64,000 bases of DNA from Leucoraja ocellata. Taxonomy: Eukaryota. The position numbers and the translations under genes were made by a program. The stretch covers positions 248,001 through 312,000 of the forward strand of contig JAWMAR010000169.1 in assembly GCA_036785375.1 (NCBI GenBank). Direction: 5' to 3'. This document shows, in pieces, positions 11,244 to 23,777 of the stretch; within the stretch, counting starts at the first letter, position 1; the number at the start of each line of letters is the position of its first letter. The notes under the pieces were generated by a model. That model was given only the letters and a program-made list of their open reading frames with translations. It was not told the DNA's origin and ran no database searches.

Positions 11244-13109
11244 AAAGTCTGATCTTGTTTGACCAAGCCTGTGAAAACATGAAGGCTGTAGTCGATTAAT
11301 GAGCTTTGAAGAGCCAACAGGAGAGACAGCACTGCATCCCATCAGGCTTCATTAGTCAGCAAGCTTTCACTCAGTCACATCAATACTGTGGGAGCTGAAT
11401 AATCTGCAGTACCGCCAACACTGATTAACATTTACTCGCATTGCAGTAATTTAGAAATCAATAGAAAAGGGCTGAGCAGGATAAATTAGCTGATATCCTG
11501 GCATTGGGCTCTGGATTTAAATGCAAAAGTAGTATATGCCCGATTTCACTTCACCAGGGCAACTCTCTTCAAATACAGCATCTAAAATGTGTCAAGTAAA
11601 ATCAATTCGTATCACCACACAGGGAACTCGAAAGAATAAGGAAAAACCAAAGATTATAGAGGAGCTCCTCTAGTATCTTTGGGGAAAACTAAAATCCCAT
11701 GTCCTCCAGAATAATTTACAATGTATTAATTGAATCTTTTTGTACAATTGTTGCAACTCCTTCATTGTGCATGAATGCTTTTCATTTATATTTGCGGTTT
11801 CATTTTCCATTTGATCTCTGCAAACTTTGAGGAAAAAAATGCACAAACAAGAGTTCCATTTGTGCTTATAATTCAGCCGAAGTGCACATTGGAATTCCCT
11901 GACACACATGGCAGCAATTTAAAGTGTCCCAACCAAGTCAGCTGTGCAAGCCACAGGCCAACAAAAGTCTAGGAACTTGGTAGTTACCATGACAATAAAA
12001 ATAAATCCATCCTTACAATCTCTTTGGGAAAAAAAACTGAAAAGGTCACTGTTTTCTCGTATTAACTTGCAATGTTAAATACGTGCTGAGAAATTAGCTC
12101 CTAACCAATCTAAATCTCATTCATTTGCCAATCATTTTGGGCTTTTGAACATTTGGAGCAGTTAACTCTTAATGTTCTCAAGTTAGATATACTATATCAG
12201 TTGCATTTACTATTAATGATTGAGACCAAGAGGTGTTAATTAGTTCAAACACAATTTGGTGTCCAGGACCATGAATATCAAACAGCACAGAAGCTCAAGA
12301 AAACCACAAAATCGGTCCTGGCGACCCAATTTGTTTCATCCAGACAACTCGCTGGTGCCTGTTGAGTCTCCCCCGGGCAAATCAACCATTTCACGATGGT
12401 GAATAACATATTGATGGACTTGCCAGGTGTAGCCTGGGGATAAGAAACCTGAGGTTTCTGAGAAACCCTGATCTTTAGTCAGAGGGTGGTAAACCTCCTG
12501 TGGAATTCTTTGCCACAGAAGGCTGTGGAGGCTGTCAGTGGATATGTTTTAAGGCAGAGATAGATAGATTCTTGATTAGTACAGGTGTCAGAGGTTATGG
12601 GGAGAAAGCAGGAGAATAGGGTTAGGCGGGAGAGATAGATCAGACATGCTTGAATGGTGGTGTAGATTCGATGGGCCAAATGGCCTAATTCTACTCTTAT
12701 CACATGACCTTATGGCATTATGAGGTAAGTGTGTTTTTAAGCCAAAAGAGAGAGAGAGAACAATTTCATGAATTGTGTGAATGTCTGAAGAAGTGTCTCG
12801 GCCCGCAACGTCACCCATTCTTTCTCTCCGGAGATGCTGCTTGTCCCGCTGAGTTACCCCAGCAATTTGTGTCTGTCTGCACAGCGTCTCTGTTCCCAGT
12901 ATTCTGATTACGGCTACTTGGCTTTAGGTCAGCTGTTATCAGGGCTGGATTTTTCATGGTGGCAATGGGCCTCAGAAATATTGTTTTAAATGGCATATGC
13001 ATATTTACTCCACCAAACAATATACAAACCTATAGAAAAACAAATGATCCACATAGGTAGTGGATGTTTGAGAAGCCATGTCCACATGAGAACACTGGGA
13101 AAGAAGTAG

Positions 13110-13975
13110 TCCCTGTCCTCTAATCTTTGACAGTTCCACCCTGGGAAAAATGTCTACCCTATCTGCTACTTTATTTATACTTATATCTGATTTCTTCTCA
13201 GCATCCAGCGTTCCAGAGAAAACAAGCCAAGTCTGTACAGCTAATGCCCTCCAGACTGGTCAGCATTCTGTTAAACCTCTTCTGCACACTCTCCAAAGTG
13301 TCCACATCCTTCCTATAATAGAATGGCTAGGACTGTATGCAATGCTCCAAATGTGGCCAAACCAAAGTCCTTTAAAGCTGCATAATTATTTCTTGATTCT
13401 TAACCTCAAAGCACCGACTGATTGTTGAGAAGCATATCATATGCAACCTTTACTACTCCATCCCTTTGTGTTATCTCTTTCAAGGAGCTTTGGACTTGAA
13501 CCTATAGTTTCCTCTGTACATTAATGGTGTTAATGTTCTGGCCAATAATTGTATACTTTCCCCCTTTACTACACACCTCCCAAAGTACAACACGTCACCG
13601 CTGCTTAAAAGAAAAACTCCATGTGCCATTTCTCCGCTCATTTCTGTAGCTTTTCCTCGCAGTCAGCAACACCAGCAATCTTAGTGTCACCTGCAAAACC
13701 AACCCATTTACATTTATGTCCAAGTCATTTATATGTTACAAACAGCTGAGGTCCCAGCACAGATCCCTGTGCAAGTCTACTGTTCACAAACATCCTGACA
13801 GCCTTCCATCACAACCTTCCGTCTTCTATTTGTAAGCCGGTGTGAATCCATACAACCGAGTAACCGTGAATCCCGTGCATCTTAATCTTTTAGAGCCTAC
13901 TATGGAGGACTTTATCAAATGCCTTATCCACGTTGACTATATCCACCATCCGATCCTCATCAATCACTTTCATCC
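13110..13975 (-). mobile_element. Old, degenerate CR1 RT fragment
   Basis: Reverse strand shows remnants of FDKV, QGSVLGP.LF, FAGDTK and LEYCI.F..P motifs with many indels. Confidence 0.65.
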
Positions 13976-14056
13976 AGCAAGATTAACTAACGTTCCCTTA
14001 ATTTAATCCAAACAAAATTAGTCAATAGTGAGAAATGATTGCATTTGTTTAGGTTC

Positions 14057-14682
14057 AAGGGCTGTCCCACTTGGACGTCATTTGTGTGTCATTTATGCGA
14101 CATCCTAAAAAATTGGTTGGCACATCGTGACGCGCGCATGGCGCGTGGTGAGGCACGGTGGCGTATGCAGTGACGCATGGTAATGCGCAGTGCCCAGGAT
14201 TTTGGGGTGCTCAAAATCCTCGCACGCCACCTGCGTGACGTATCCCTTGCGCATGCTGACGTGCTGATGCCGTACGCTGACATACTGAAGGCGTACGTGT
14301 AGCATGTGATGATGCATGGTTACGCACGGTGACGCACGAACATTGCCTATGCTAATTTATTATGCATTACCGTGCGTCAATGTCCGTAACCATGTGCCGC
14401 CCGCATGCTGCCGGAGCGCCATTTGCGCGTCATTTGAGCGCCACACCACATGACCACCCGGGTATAAAGCACTCGTAGTTTTGAAAATTTTTCACTGGGA
14501 AAATCCTTGCCCAGGAGATCGGACTAAGTACGAATGACATTGCAAATGGCTCCCAAAAGAAGCAGGGCCCTGAAGAGCAATGGCGCACGACTGTCGTACA
14601 GCTAGATGATTTTTGCGCAACAGTCACTATTGGCCTGTCGCGTAAATGGCGCTCAAATGACACCCAAGTGGGACAGGCCCTT
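14057..14682. mobile_element. MITE (PIF/Harbinger-like or TA-TSD DNA transposon) with ~45 bp TIRs
   Basis: AAGGG(C)TGTCCCACTTGG..GTCATTTG at the left end, CAAATGAC..CCAAGTGGGACAGGCCCTT at the right end. CpG-rich non-coding interior. Confidence 0.8.
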
Positions 14683-16003
14683 TAGTCTTTAGGGTGAAAC
14701 AGTGGAGCAGGTAAAATAGTTACCTCACAGTTCCAAAGAACCTTGACCGCTTAGGTTTCCTCCAGTTGTTCTGATTTTCCTCTACCGTCTCAAGATACGC
14801 AGGTTGGTATGTTAATTGCCCGCTGTAAACTGCCTCTATGTTATCGGTGAGAGGTAGATGCTGCAGACAGTTTATGGGATTGTGTGGAGAATAAATGGGT
14901 TTACCATTCATTAGTGGAATAGGTGATTGACAGTTGGCACAAAGTCAGTGTGCTGAATATGACTATCAAATCCAGGTAAATGGGGAGAAATTGGTAATTT
15001 ATGCCGTGAAGTTCTCATTTAAACTCCTTCCCATTCCCAGCTGGACATGTTTGGCCTTAGCCTTTTCCAATGTCATGATGAACTCAAACTCAAAGAACAA
15101 CATAGCAGAGGAATTGCTACTTCACAGCGCCAGAGAATCTGGCCTGAAGCCGCCGTTTGTACAGAGTTTGTACATTCTCCCTATGACCACTCAGGTTTTA
15201 CAGTTTCCTCCCATACATACAGGATTGTAGGTAATTGGCTTTGGTAAAAATTATTACTTGTCTCTAGTATGTAGGATAGTATTAGTGTTCCGGTTGATCA
15301 CTGGTCGGAACAGACTCGATGGGCAAATGGGCCTGTTTCACTAAAGTTTATATCTCTAAAGTCTAAAAACACCTCTTGGGTAGCCCGCAGCCCAATAATG
15401 AGAACATTAACCTCTAATTTAAGATTAGGGTCCGCAAAATACAGGTAAAGAAGCTAAATAGAAATTGATTCAATTGCTGAAAATGCAACGAAGGATACAT
15501 AGGTCATTGTATGTTCAACGATGTACATCCCCCACTTGCTGGGGATGGGTACTAAATATTGACCTTACCAATGATGCCCAGGTCGCAAAAATTAAATACA
15601 ATAAAACTTACAACATGGGGATACCTGTGGCTGCATTGCTGGAATTTGGAACAAAAGACAAACTATTGGAAGAACAGCAGATTGAACAGCATCTGTGGAG
15701 GGAAATGGATGGTCAACATTTCAGGTTGAGACCTTGCATCAGGACTGAGAATATAGAAAGAAGATAACCAGTAAACAGAAGTGATAGGGAGCTGTGAGGC
15801 AGAGGCTGGGAGCTGATAAATGGAAACAGATAAGGAGTGATGTTAGCAGGACGGAACAGGATTGGAAAGGTGAACCAAGGGAGAAGAAGGTAGTAGTTAG
15901 GTATGTTCGTGATGGGCAGATGAAACAAGACAGGGTAGCGTGATTAGTCTAGGTAACAAGATGGGGTAGGATGGAAAAGATGACCAAAAGGAAAGGGAGC
16001 CTA

Positions 16004-16331
16004 ATGGGCCTGTCCCACATGCGCGACTTTTTTGGCGACTGCCGATACCCGTCATAGGTCGTTGCAAGTTGCCGAAAATGTTCAACATGCTGAAAATCCA
16101 GCGGCGACCAGAAAGACGCTACTGAGGAGACTACTCACGACCATACAGGTGACACCCCAGTGACATGTCATGGGGTGAAGCCTATATGGTCGTGAGTAGT
16201 CACCCAAAGAGTCGTACCTTGTTCTGGTCGCCGCTGGAATTTCAACATGTTGAAAATTTTCGATGACCAGCAATGACCTATGACGGATGCCAGCAGTCGT
16301 CGGAAAAGTTTTCTAAGTGGGACAGGCCCAT
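16004..16331. mobile_element. MITE of the same TIR family, largely palindromic
   Basis: cTA|ATGGGCCTGTCCCAC ... GTGGGACAGGCCCAT|TAg, with internal TTCAACATG(C/T)TGAAAA motifs. Sits inside a Penelope 3' fragment. Confidence 0.85.
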
Positions 16332-16984
16332 TAGTGGACTGATGGAAGTGGAACAGGAAAATAGGGGTTTATGTAGGAAGGAACTGCAGCTGCTGGTTTA
16401 TACCAAAGATAGATACAAAATGGTATCATAACTCAACAGGTCAGGCAGCATTTCTGGAAGGAATAGGTGACATTTTGGGTCGAGACACTTCTTCAGGGGG
16501 AGGGTTTGAGGCTGCATTGGGAACATTGTTCTGAGGCTTGAATGATTCAGATCTCCAGAAAATAAAAGGGTTGTATTTGATTATTGGCACATTGACACAC
16601 AATAGCATTTCTAATTTTATAAAGTCTGGTCATTGTCATGTACCACAAAGTTCTCATTGACTGAAGATCCTTACCAGCAGCAAACACATCATTTGAGCCA
16701 GACTGGTTTGGCCTGACAAACTAATTCAAGTTAGAACACAAAGTGCTGGAGGACTCAACATGTCGGGCAACATCTCAGGAGTACATGGATAGGCAACATT
16801 TCAGGTTAGAACTCTTTTTCAGACTGATTGTATGGGGGGCGGTGGGGCGATGAGTGGACAAAGTTGTGAGCTGAAAAGGAGACAGAGAGACAAAAGGGTT
16901 TAGAAACTCAATATGGAGAGAAGAGCCTAGGATTTGAAAGATATTGAAGTGTTGAGGAGCATGTGAGCTGTATCAGATGTTTGC

Positions 16985-17730
16985 TTTCCCAACCAAACCA
17001 ACCCCTCTCCAGATACTTCCCCTGAAACCACAGGAGCTGTAACACCTGCCACTACACCTCTTCCCTCAGCTCCATCCAGAGCTCTCAGCAGCTCTTCCAG
17101 GTGAAGAATGCGAATGGCATGTTGGCCTTCATAACAAGAGGAGTTGAGTATAGGAGCAAAGATGTCCTTCTGCAGTTGTACAGGGCCCTAGTGAGAACAC
17201 ACCTGGAGTATAGTGGAATTCTCTGCCTCAGAGGGCAGTGGAGGCCGTTTCTCTGGATACTTTCAAGAGAGAGCTAGATTGAGCTCTTAAAGATAGCGGA
17301 GTCAGGCGATATGGGGAGAAGGCAGGAACGGAGTACTGATTATCGATGGTCAACCATGATCACATTGAATGGTGGTGCTGGCTCGAAGGGCCGGATGGCC
17401 TACTCCTGCACCCATTGTCTATTGTCTATTGTAAAGCAGAGATTCACATGCACCTCCTCTAACCTTATCTACTGCATTCAGTGCTCATGAAGTGGCCTCC
17501 TTTACATCAGTGAGACCAAGTGTAGACTAGGCAACTAGCCAAACACTTGTGCTGGTGTACCTAGGCTTGTTAGATGTGACGATTGCTAGTCATTTTACTC
17601 CCCTCTCACTCTCATACTGACCTTTTTGCCCTTGGCCCCTGCCATTGCCAGAGTGAGGCCACATGCAAATTGTAGGAACAGCACCTCACATTCTGCTTGG
17701 GTAGCTTAAAATGTAATTCTCCAATCTTAG
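16985..17730 (+). mobile_element. Penelope-like GIY-YIG fragment with a nested, internally deleted CR1 3' end (~17101-17432)
   Basis: RFTCTSSNLIYCIQCS*SGLLYISET remnant matches the 49860-50741 ORF. The CR1 piece splits TTCCAGGTGAAG/CAGAGATTC. Confidence 0.75.
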
Positions 17731-17749
17731 GTACCACCCCACCCCTATT

Positions 17750-18220
17750 TCAATACAATTTATTTGTTATCATTTGAACCTTTTGAGGTTCAACTGAAAT
17801 TTGGTTTCTGCAGTCATACACACAAGAAAAAGAACCAAGACACAACACAATTTACACAAACATCCATCACAGTGAATCTCCTCCTCACTGTGATGGAAGG
17901 CAAAGTCTTATCTCTCCCCTGCTCTCCTCCCGATGTCAAAGTCCCCGGCAGGCGATGGTAAGTGTCCCGCGGCCATTAAAGCCGTGCCGGGCGATGCAAG
18001 GCCACGCTCTGGGTCTTGGTGTTGGAGCCCCCAGCGGGCGCTAGCAAGTCCCACGATCGTTAAAGCCATGCCGGGCGATGTAAGGCCCTGCTCCAGGTAC
18101 TTTTCAACCCCGCAACTCGGGTGGGTAAAAGTCGCCGTTGAAGAAGCCCCGAAAAGCGGTCTCCCAACAGGGACCCGCGGGCTCCCGGTGTTACCGTCCA
18201 CCAGACCTGCGGTTGCAGCC
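17750..18220 (-). mobile_element. GC-rich LINE-tailed non-coding element, truncated copy
   Basis: Homologous to 22897-23350 (CCCGATGTCA.AGTC, GGCCATTAAAGCC, CCCGCAACTCGGG, GGCTCCCGGTG). Confidence 0.75.
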
Positions 18221-19977
18221 TATTTTCGAGTCATAGAGTGATACAGCATGGAAAAAAACCCTTTGACCCAACCAGTTTATGGCAACCAAGATGCTCCATC
18301 TAAGCTAGTCCCATTTGCCTGTTTGGCTCATGCCCCTCTACATTTTTGTCCTATCCATGTATCTTCTCAAGTGTTTTTTAATTTTCTTATTGAGATTTGG
18401 CTGAATTACAGTTTCGCATTCATGGGACACAATGGGACTGAGGTCTCCAAAAACACCCAGCACCAATTGGATTGACCCCTTCCTGTGCTGTAATAGTTCT
18501 ACGATTGTAAGTGTTCAATCACTAGATGATTTGTTCAATCAGTAACAGCAAATTGAGTACCGTCAGTACAACAACATGTCAAAGAAGAATGTTTTTTAAA
18601 ATTCATTTCATTAGGCAAAAAAATACAAAGCCTGTCTTCTGAAAACCTAATTATTAATGTAGAATCTGAATAATAATTTCATCAATGGAACTTTTATTCA
18701 TCTATTTTTAAGTGAACAAATAAAAGCAATATGTACTTCAGTTTACTAGTTCATGTTCCTGACTATTGCTTTAGACAATTAGTTTAAGTAATATTTAGAG
18801 GAAGTGCAATCGTTTCTGTAGTATGTGATAAATGTGTCTAACTTTGGGCTGTTACATTGCTGTGCCTTCAAACTGTTTTAATGCATGGTTTATCTCCTTT
18901 AGAAATCATTTCTCTTATATTTTTTTCCCTAACTGTTTTACATAATAAGGAGCACTTTCAGCTTTGTCCAACCACGTATACTTTGAAAAATGAAGCTAAT
19001 TTTAACCCAATAAATCATGATAATTGATTTGTGAAACTCAATGAAATTAACTCTGTGTTTGTAGCTTATAAATGCACTGAATATACACTGTTCTGCACAT
19101 GAGGAACTTTAGCTAAGAACCTTCACCATCAACACCTTGATATGTTCATATTGAAGATAGTTGCATAAAAGCAGAATATATCTCCAAATCTAGAACACAA
19201 TATTCTAAATGCGATCTCACCATCTATCTGCTCGAACCACCACCACTGGCAGCGCATTCCGAGCACTCACCATCCACTGTGTAAAATAATTGTCCCGCAC
19301 ATCTCCTTTAAATTTCGCTCCTCTCACCTTAAAGCAATGCCATCTAGCATTTGATTTTTCCATCATGGGAAAACAATTCTGACTCCAACCTATCTTTGCC
19401 TTTCATAATTTGATATATTTCTACAAGATCTCCCCGTAACCTCTGGCATAACAGAGAAAACCGTCCAAGGCAGTCCAACAACCTCCTAATCCAGGCAGCG
19501 TCCTGATAAACCTCCTCTGCACTCTTTTCAAAGCCTCTATTTTTAAGTGGAGGGAGAGAGATTCTTAAGGGGTTGGACAGGCTAGATGAAGGAAGATTGT
19601 TCCCGATGTTGGGGAAGTCCAGAACAAGGGGTCACAGTTTAAGGATAAGGGGGAAATCTTTTTTTCAGCAAAATGGCATTGCGTAAAAATACTGATTTCC
19701 ACAGCAAAATACTGATTTTCAGGTACTAGAATACTGAAATGCTCTGACAAAACTTGGGTGCTCTGGAATAGGGAAATGTTTTGTCTATCAAGACTCCTGC
19801 CAGTTGGAACATGGGAGGTATTTTGTAACACTTTGGAGAGTCCAGTGTTTACATGACTGGACTAGGAACCAGCATTGTGGACTATTGATCAGAGACATTG
19901 GCTTGAATAGTACTGAGGAAGCTGAGGAGCTTAACTTAAAATATTTAAATAAATCTGGATTTTTGTTTTACATTGTT

Positions 19978-20265
19978 GGGGTGACACAGTGCTGCAGCTA
20001 ATAAAGCTGCTGCCTCACAGACCCAGGTTCTATCCTGATCTCAGGTGTTCTCTGTGTGGAGTTTGCACATTCTCCCTATGACTGCATGGTTCCTCTGGGT
20101 GCCCTGGTTTCCTCCCACATCCCAAAGACAGCGGGTTAATTTGCTTCAGAAAATTGCCCTTAGTGAGTAGGGAGTGTGATAACATAGCACAAGTGTAAAC
20201 AGGTGATCGATCACTGGCATGGACTCTGTGGACCAAAGGGCCTGCTTTCATGCTGTAGTCATAAT
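19978..20265 (+). mobile_element. V-SINE/HE1-like SINE
   Basis: GGGGTGACACAGTG..GCAGC...GCTGCCTCACAG..CCCAGGTTC.ATCCTGA, central GTTTGCACATTCTCCC..TGAC..GGTTTCCTCCCACATCCCAAAGAC, and a CR1-like tail. Confidence 0.8.
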
Positions 20266-21687
20266 TAAAAGCTGGTCTCAGCATTTGTAACCATAACATT
20301 ATCAAGTTGTGTAAGACAGAAAATGTTGAAAACATTCAGCAAGTCAGTGGACATCTATGAAAAGATAAACAGTTAATGGTTCAGGTCTGGAAACTTGAGT
20401 CAGATCTGGGAATGAGAGAAAACAAGTTAATTTTAGTAGTAGGGGATTGACAAAGGTTTAACAAAGGGAATATTTCTCATTAAATAATATGGACAGTCTG
20501 TATAGGTCTCCCACTATACATCAACCTTTTTTGAGTTGCAGCAAGTTCGAGATTTAAGTGATCTAAATTGTGTTACCATTGTAAACAGGCAAAGCCTAAC
20601 AAAATTAGTCTCAGAGGATGCCGTCTCAAATTAAGAGTGATCTTCGAGCTAATCAACAATGGCAATGTTTGTTCCTTAACTTTCTCACAGCTCATAGGCA
20701 GGAGCACCATAACAAACTATTTGATGTAATACTCATCTGTTTCTTCAGCAGGTATGCTTTGTTGGTATCAATCTGCCTAAGAATTTCTTAATCTTCGACA
20801 ATACTGGCTAGCTCCTTGATTCCCAAGTTAAAAGTTGATTGCTACTTATCTTGTATGTCAATTACTCAAGCTTTTAACCAGGGCAATTATGTCATTCAAG
20901 CATTTTAATAGCTCTTTCTGTGCACTGCGGTACTTAAGATCTTGAAATTACCCAGTGGCAATCATTCCCAGTTTGGATAAACATTCACATCTGCCACACA
21001 AATTGTAAGACACCTTCAAAGCAAAACTGATTCTGCAACATGGTTTACATGTCGTTAAGTCTTTTAAATCTGTCGGAATCCCCTCAATTAGATCGAAGCT
21101 TAGAATTCATTTCCACATGTCCTTTTATTAACAGATAATTAGCACTAATTTTGAGATTCTGTACCTGAGTTTTATAAATCATACATCCATCTGTTGCTGT
21201 CCATTCAATTTGAAAAAATATAAGCTGTGAATAAAATACAAGTTGTTCCATAAACCTTTGCCCCAACTGTGAAATGATGGTGTTTTGTTCAAATTAATTG
21301 CACTTTTTCCCCCTCACGGAATGCCATAAATATCCTCAACTCTGAGGTACTTGATCACAAGGATGTCTAGCGGGTAACCTATGCAACTGCTAAATAAAAT
21401 CAAGAATGGCAATGTTTTACCTATGCTAATGAGATGAATCTCCAACTGTCTCAGGCACTTCTGGATATTATTCCCTTTGAACAGAATGCAACATTAACAG
21501 AAAATAAGGAGGTGATCTGATCCCCTCAGTGCCCCCAATGGACTAATAAAGACAAAGTTTCTAGAAATTAGATTTCTACGTTACCACTTTCCACAAAGTC
21601 TCATATAGTACCATTAAAAATCTTTATTTTCATGTTATTGGGGGAAATTTCAATAAAGCAAATTAGATAATATTAAGGGATGGATGT

Positions 21688-22722
21688 CAATAGACAATAG
21701 GTGCCGGAGTAGGCCATTCGGCCCTTCGAGACAGCACCGCCATTCAATGTGATCATGGCTGATCATCCCCAATCAGTACCCCGTTCCTGCCTTCTCCCCA
21801 TATCCCCTGACTCCGCTAATTTTAAGAGCCCTATCTAGCTCTCTCTTGAAAGCATCCAGAGAACCTGCCTCCACCGCCCTCTGAGGCAGAGAATTCCACA
21901 GACTCGCCACTCTCTGTGAGAAAAAGTGTTTCCTCGTCTCCGTTCTAAATGGCTTACTCCTTATTCTTAAACTGTGGCCCCTGGTTCTGGACTCCCCCAA
22001 CATCGGGAACATGTTTCCTGCCTCTAGCGTGACCAAACCCTTAACAATCTTATATGTTTCAATGAGATCCCCTCTCATGCTTCTAAATCCAGAGTGTACA
22101 AGCCCAGCTGCTCCATTCTCTCAGCATATGACAGCCCCGCCATCCCGGGAATTAACCTTGTAAACCTACGCTGCACTCTCTCAATAACAAGAATGTCCTT
22201 GCTCAAATTACTCCAGGTGTGGTCTCACTAGGGCTCTGTACAACTGCAGAAGGACCTCTTTGCTCCTATATTCGACCTCTTGTTATAAAGGCCAACATGC
22301 CATTCACTTTCTTCACTCTCTGCTGTACCTGCATGCTTACTTTCAAAGGTACACAAAAAAGCTGGAGAAACTCAGCAGGTGCAGCAGCATCTATGGAGTG
22401 AAGGAAAAAGGCAACGTTTCAGGCCGAAACCCTTCTTCAGACTGGACCTTCTGTGTTTCTCCAGTTTTTTTGTGTATCTTCGATTTTCCAGCATCTGCAG
22501 TTCCTTCTTAAACACAACTGCTTACTTTCATAGACTGATGAACAAGGACCGCCAGATCCTGTTGTACTTCCCCTTTTCCCAACTTGACGCCATTTAGATA
22601 GTAATCTGCCTTCCTGTTTTTGCTACCAAAGTGGATAACCTCACATTTATCCGCATTGAACTTCATCTGCCATGTATCTTCCCACTCCCCCAACCTGTCC
22701 AAGTCACCCTGCATTTCCATGC
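21688..22722 (-). mobile_element. CR1 LINE 3' ~1 kb
   Basis: ORFs 21773-22078 (RGDLIETYK...SRTRGHSL) and 22508-22720 (QGDLDRLGEW..WQMKFNADKC). Confidence 0.92.
22346..22518. mobile_element. 173 bp Penelope-derived mini-element with hammerhead core, inserted in CR1
   Basis: Perfect 12 bp TSD TGCTTACTTTCA (22334-22345 and 22519-22530). Minus strand CTGAAGAAGGGTTTCGGCCTGAAACGTT at 22413-22440. Partly inverted ends. Confidence 0.85.
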
Positions 22723-22834
22723 TTTCAAGCTCCTGTATCTACTCCCAAAAGGTAGGAAAGAGAAAAAGGAATGGCTAGGGTGCCAATCATCATTGACATT
22801 ACTTTCAACTTTCCTGATACACAGCCCATGAAGA

Positions 22835-23373
22835 TCAGAGTCAGAGTCAGAGTCAGAGTCAGAGTCAGAGTCAGAGTCAGAGTCAGAGTCAGAGTCAATT
22901 TAATTGTCATTTGGACCCCTGGAGGTCCAAACGAAATGCCGTTTCTGCAGCCATACATTACATACAAATAGACCCCAGACACAACAATAATTACATTTAA
23001 CATAGCTGTGATGGAAGGCCAAATAAATTTATCTCTCCACTGCACTCTCCCCCCCCCGATGTCAGAGTCAAAGTCATAGCCCCCGGCTGGCGATGGCGAT
23101 TGTCCCGCGGCCATTAAAGCCACGCCGGGTGGTGCGAGGTCGCACACCGGGTCTTGGTGTTGGAGCCCCCGGTGTGCGCTCGCAGAGTCCGCGGCCATTC
23201 CAGCCGCTCGGGGCAGTGGTGTCAGGCCCCGCTCCAGGAGCTCTTCGACCCCGCAACTCGGGCGGGAGAAGTCGCCGTTGCAGGAGCCCTGAGAAGCGGT
23301 CTCCCTCCAGGGAGCCGTGGGCTCCCGGTGCCGTCGTCCACAGACCTGTCGTTGGAGCCTCCGACTCTCCGGT

Positions 23374-23409
<36 letters not shown>

Positions 23410-23777
23410 GACAGCAGCAGCAGCAGCGCTCCTCCACCGCTCCACCCGCTCCGGACCCGGCCAGCTCCGCGACGGCAACGGTGAGTCGACACCTGAGTCC
23501 CCGGCTTCTTCCTGTTGGAGGCCGCTCCTCGTTGCGGCCTCAACGACACCTGAGACCCGACGAGAAAAGGTCGGGTCTCCAGTGCAGGGAGAGATTCAAA
23601 AAGTTCCCCCCCCCCCTCCCACCCCACCCCCACCCCCCCCACACACACACCCCAACATAAAATAACAAAAACTACATAAAAACACAGACAAAAAATAATA
23701 AAAACGCGGACAGGCTGCAGAGGCCGCTGCTGGCCAGAGCCGCGCCGCCTACCGGATGGACTGGATGGACTGGATGG
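22835..23777 (-). mobile_element. GC/CpG-rich non-autonomous retro-element with (TGACTC)n tail and internal (CTG)n
   Basis: (TCAGAG)~10 at 22835-22896 directly followed by AATTTAATTGTCAT (LINE-type tail). (CAG)n at 23374-23427. GGATGGACT x3 at the far end. Confidence 0.7.

Noticed and set aside
10695-11255. AAAGTCTGATCTT near the CR1 ends resembling the Helitron 5' end
   Set aside because: Better explained as a target duplication around the CR1 insertion. No TC start and no hairpin-CTAG end.
20691-20751. Possible 61 bp exon (TTTCTCACAG|...CAG|GTATGC)
   Set aside because: Only one open frame (HRQEHHNKLFDVILICFFS), with no recognisable protein and no partner exons.
22725-23665. Long overlapping ORFs (307 aa, 190 aa; poly-Leu/Ala/Cys, RV and LT repeats)
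   Set aside because: Products of GC-rich repeat DNA plus (CAG)n and (TCAGAG)n microsatellites. No domain and no splice context.
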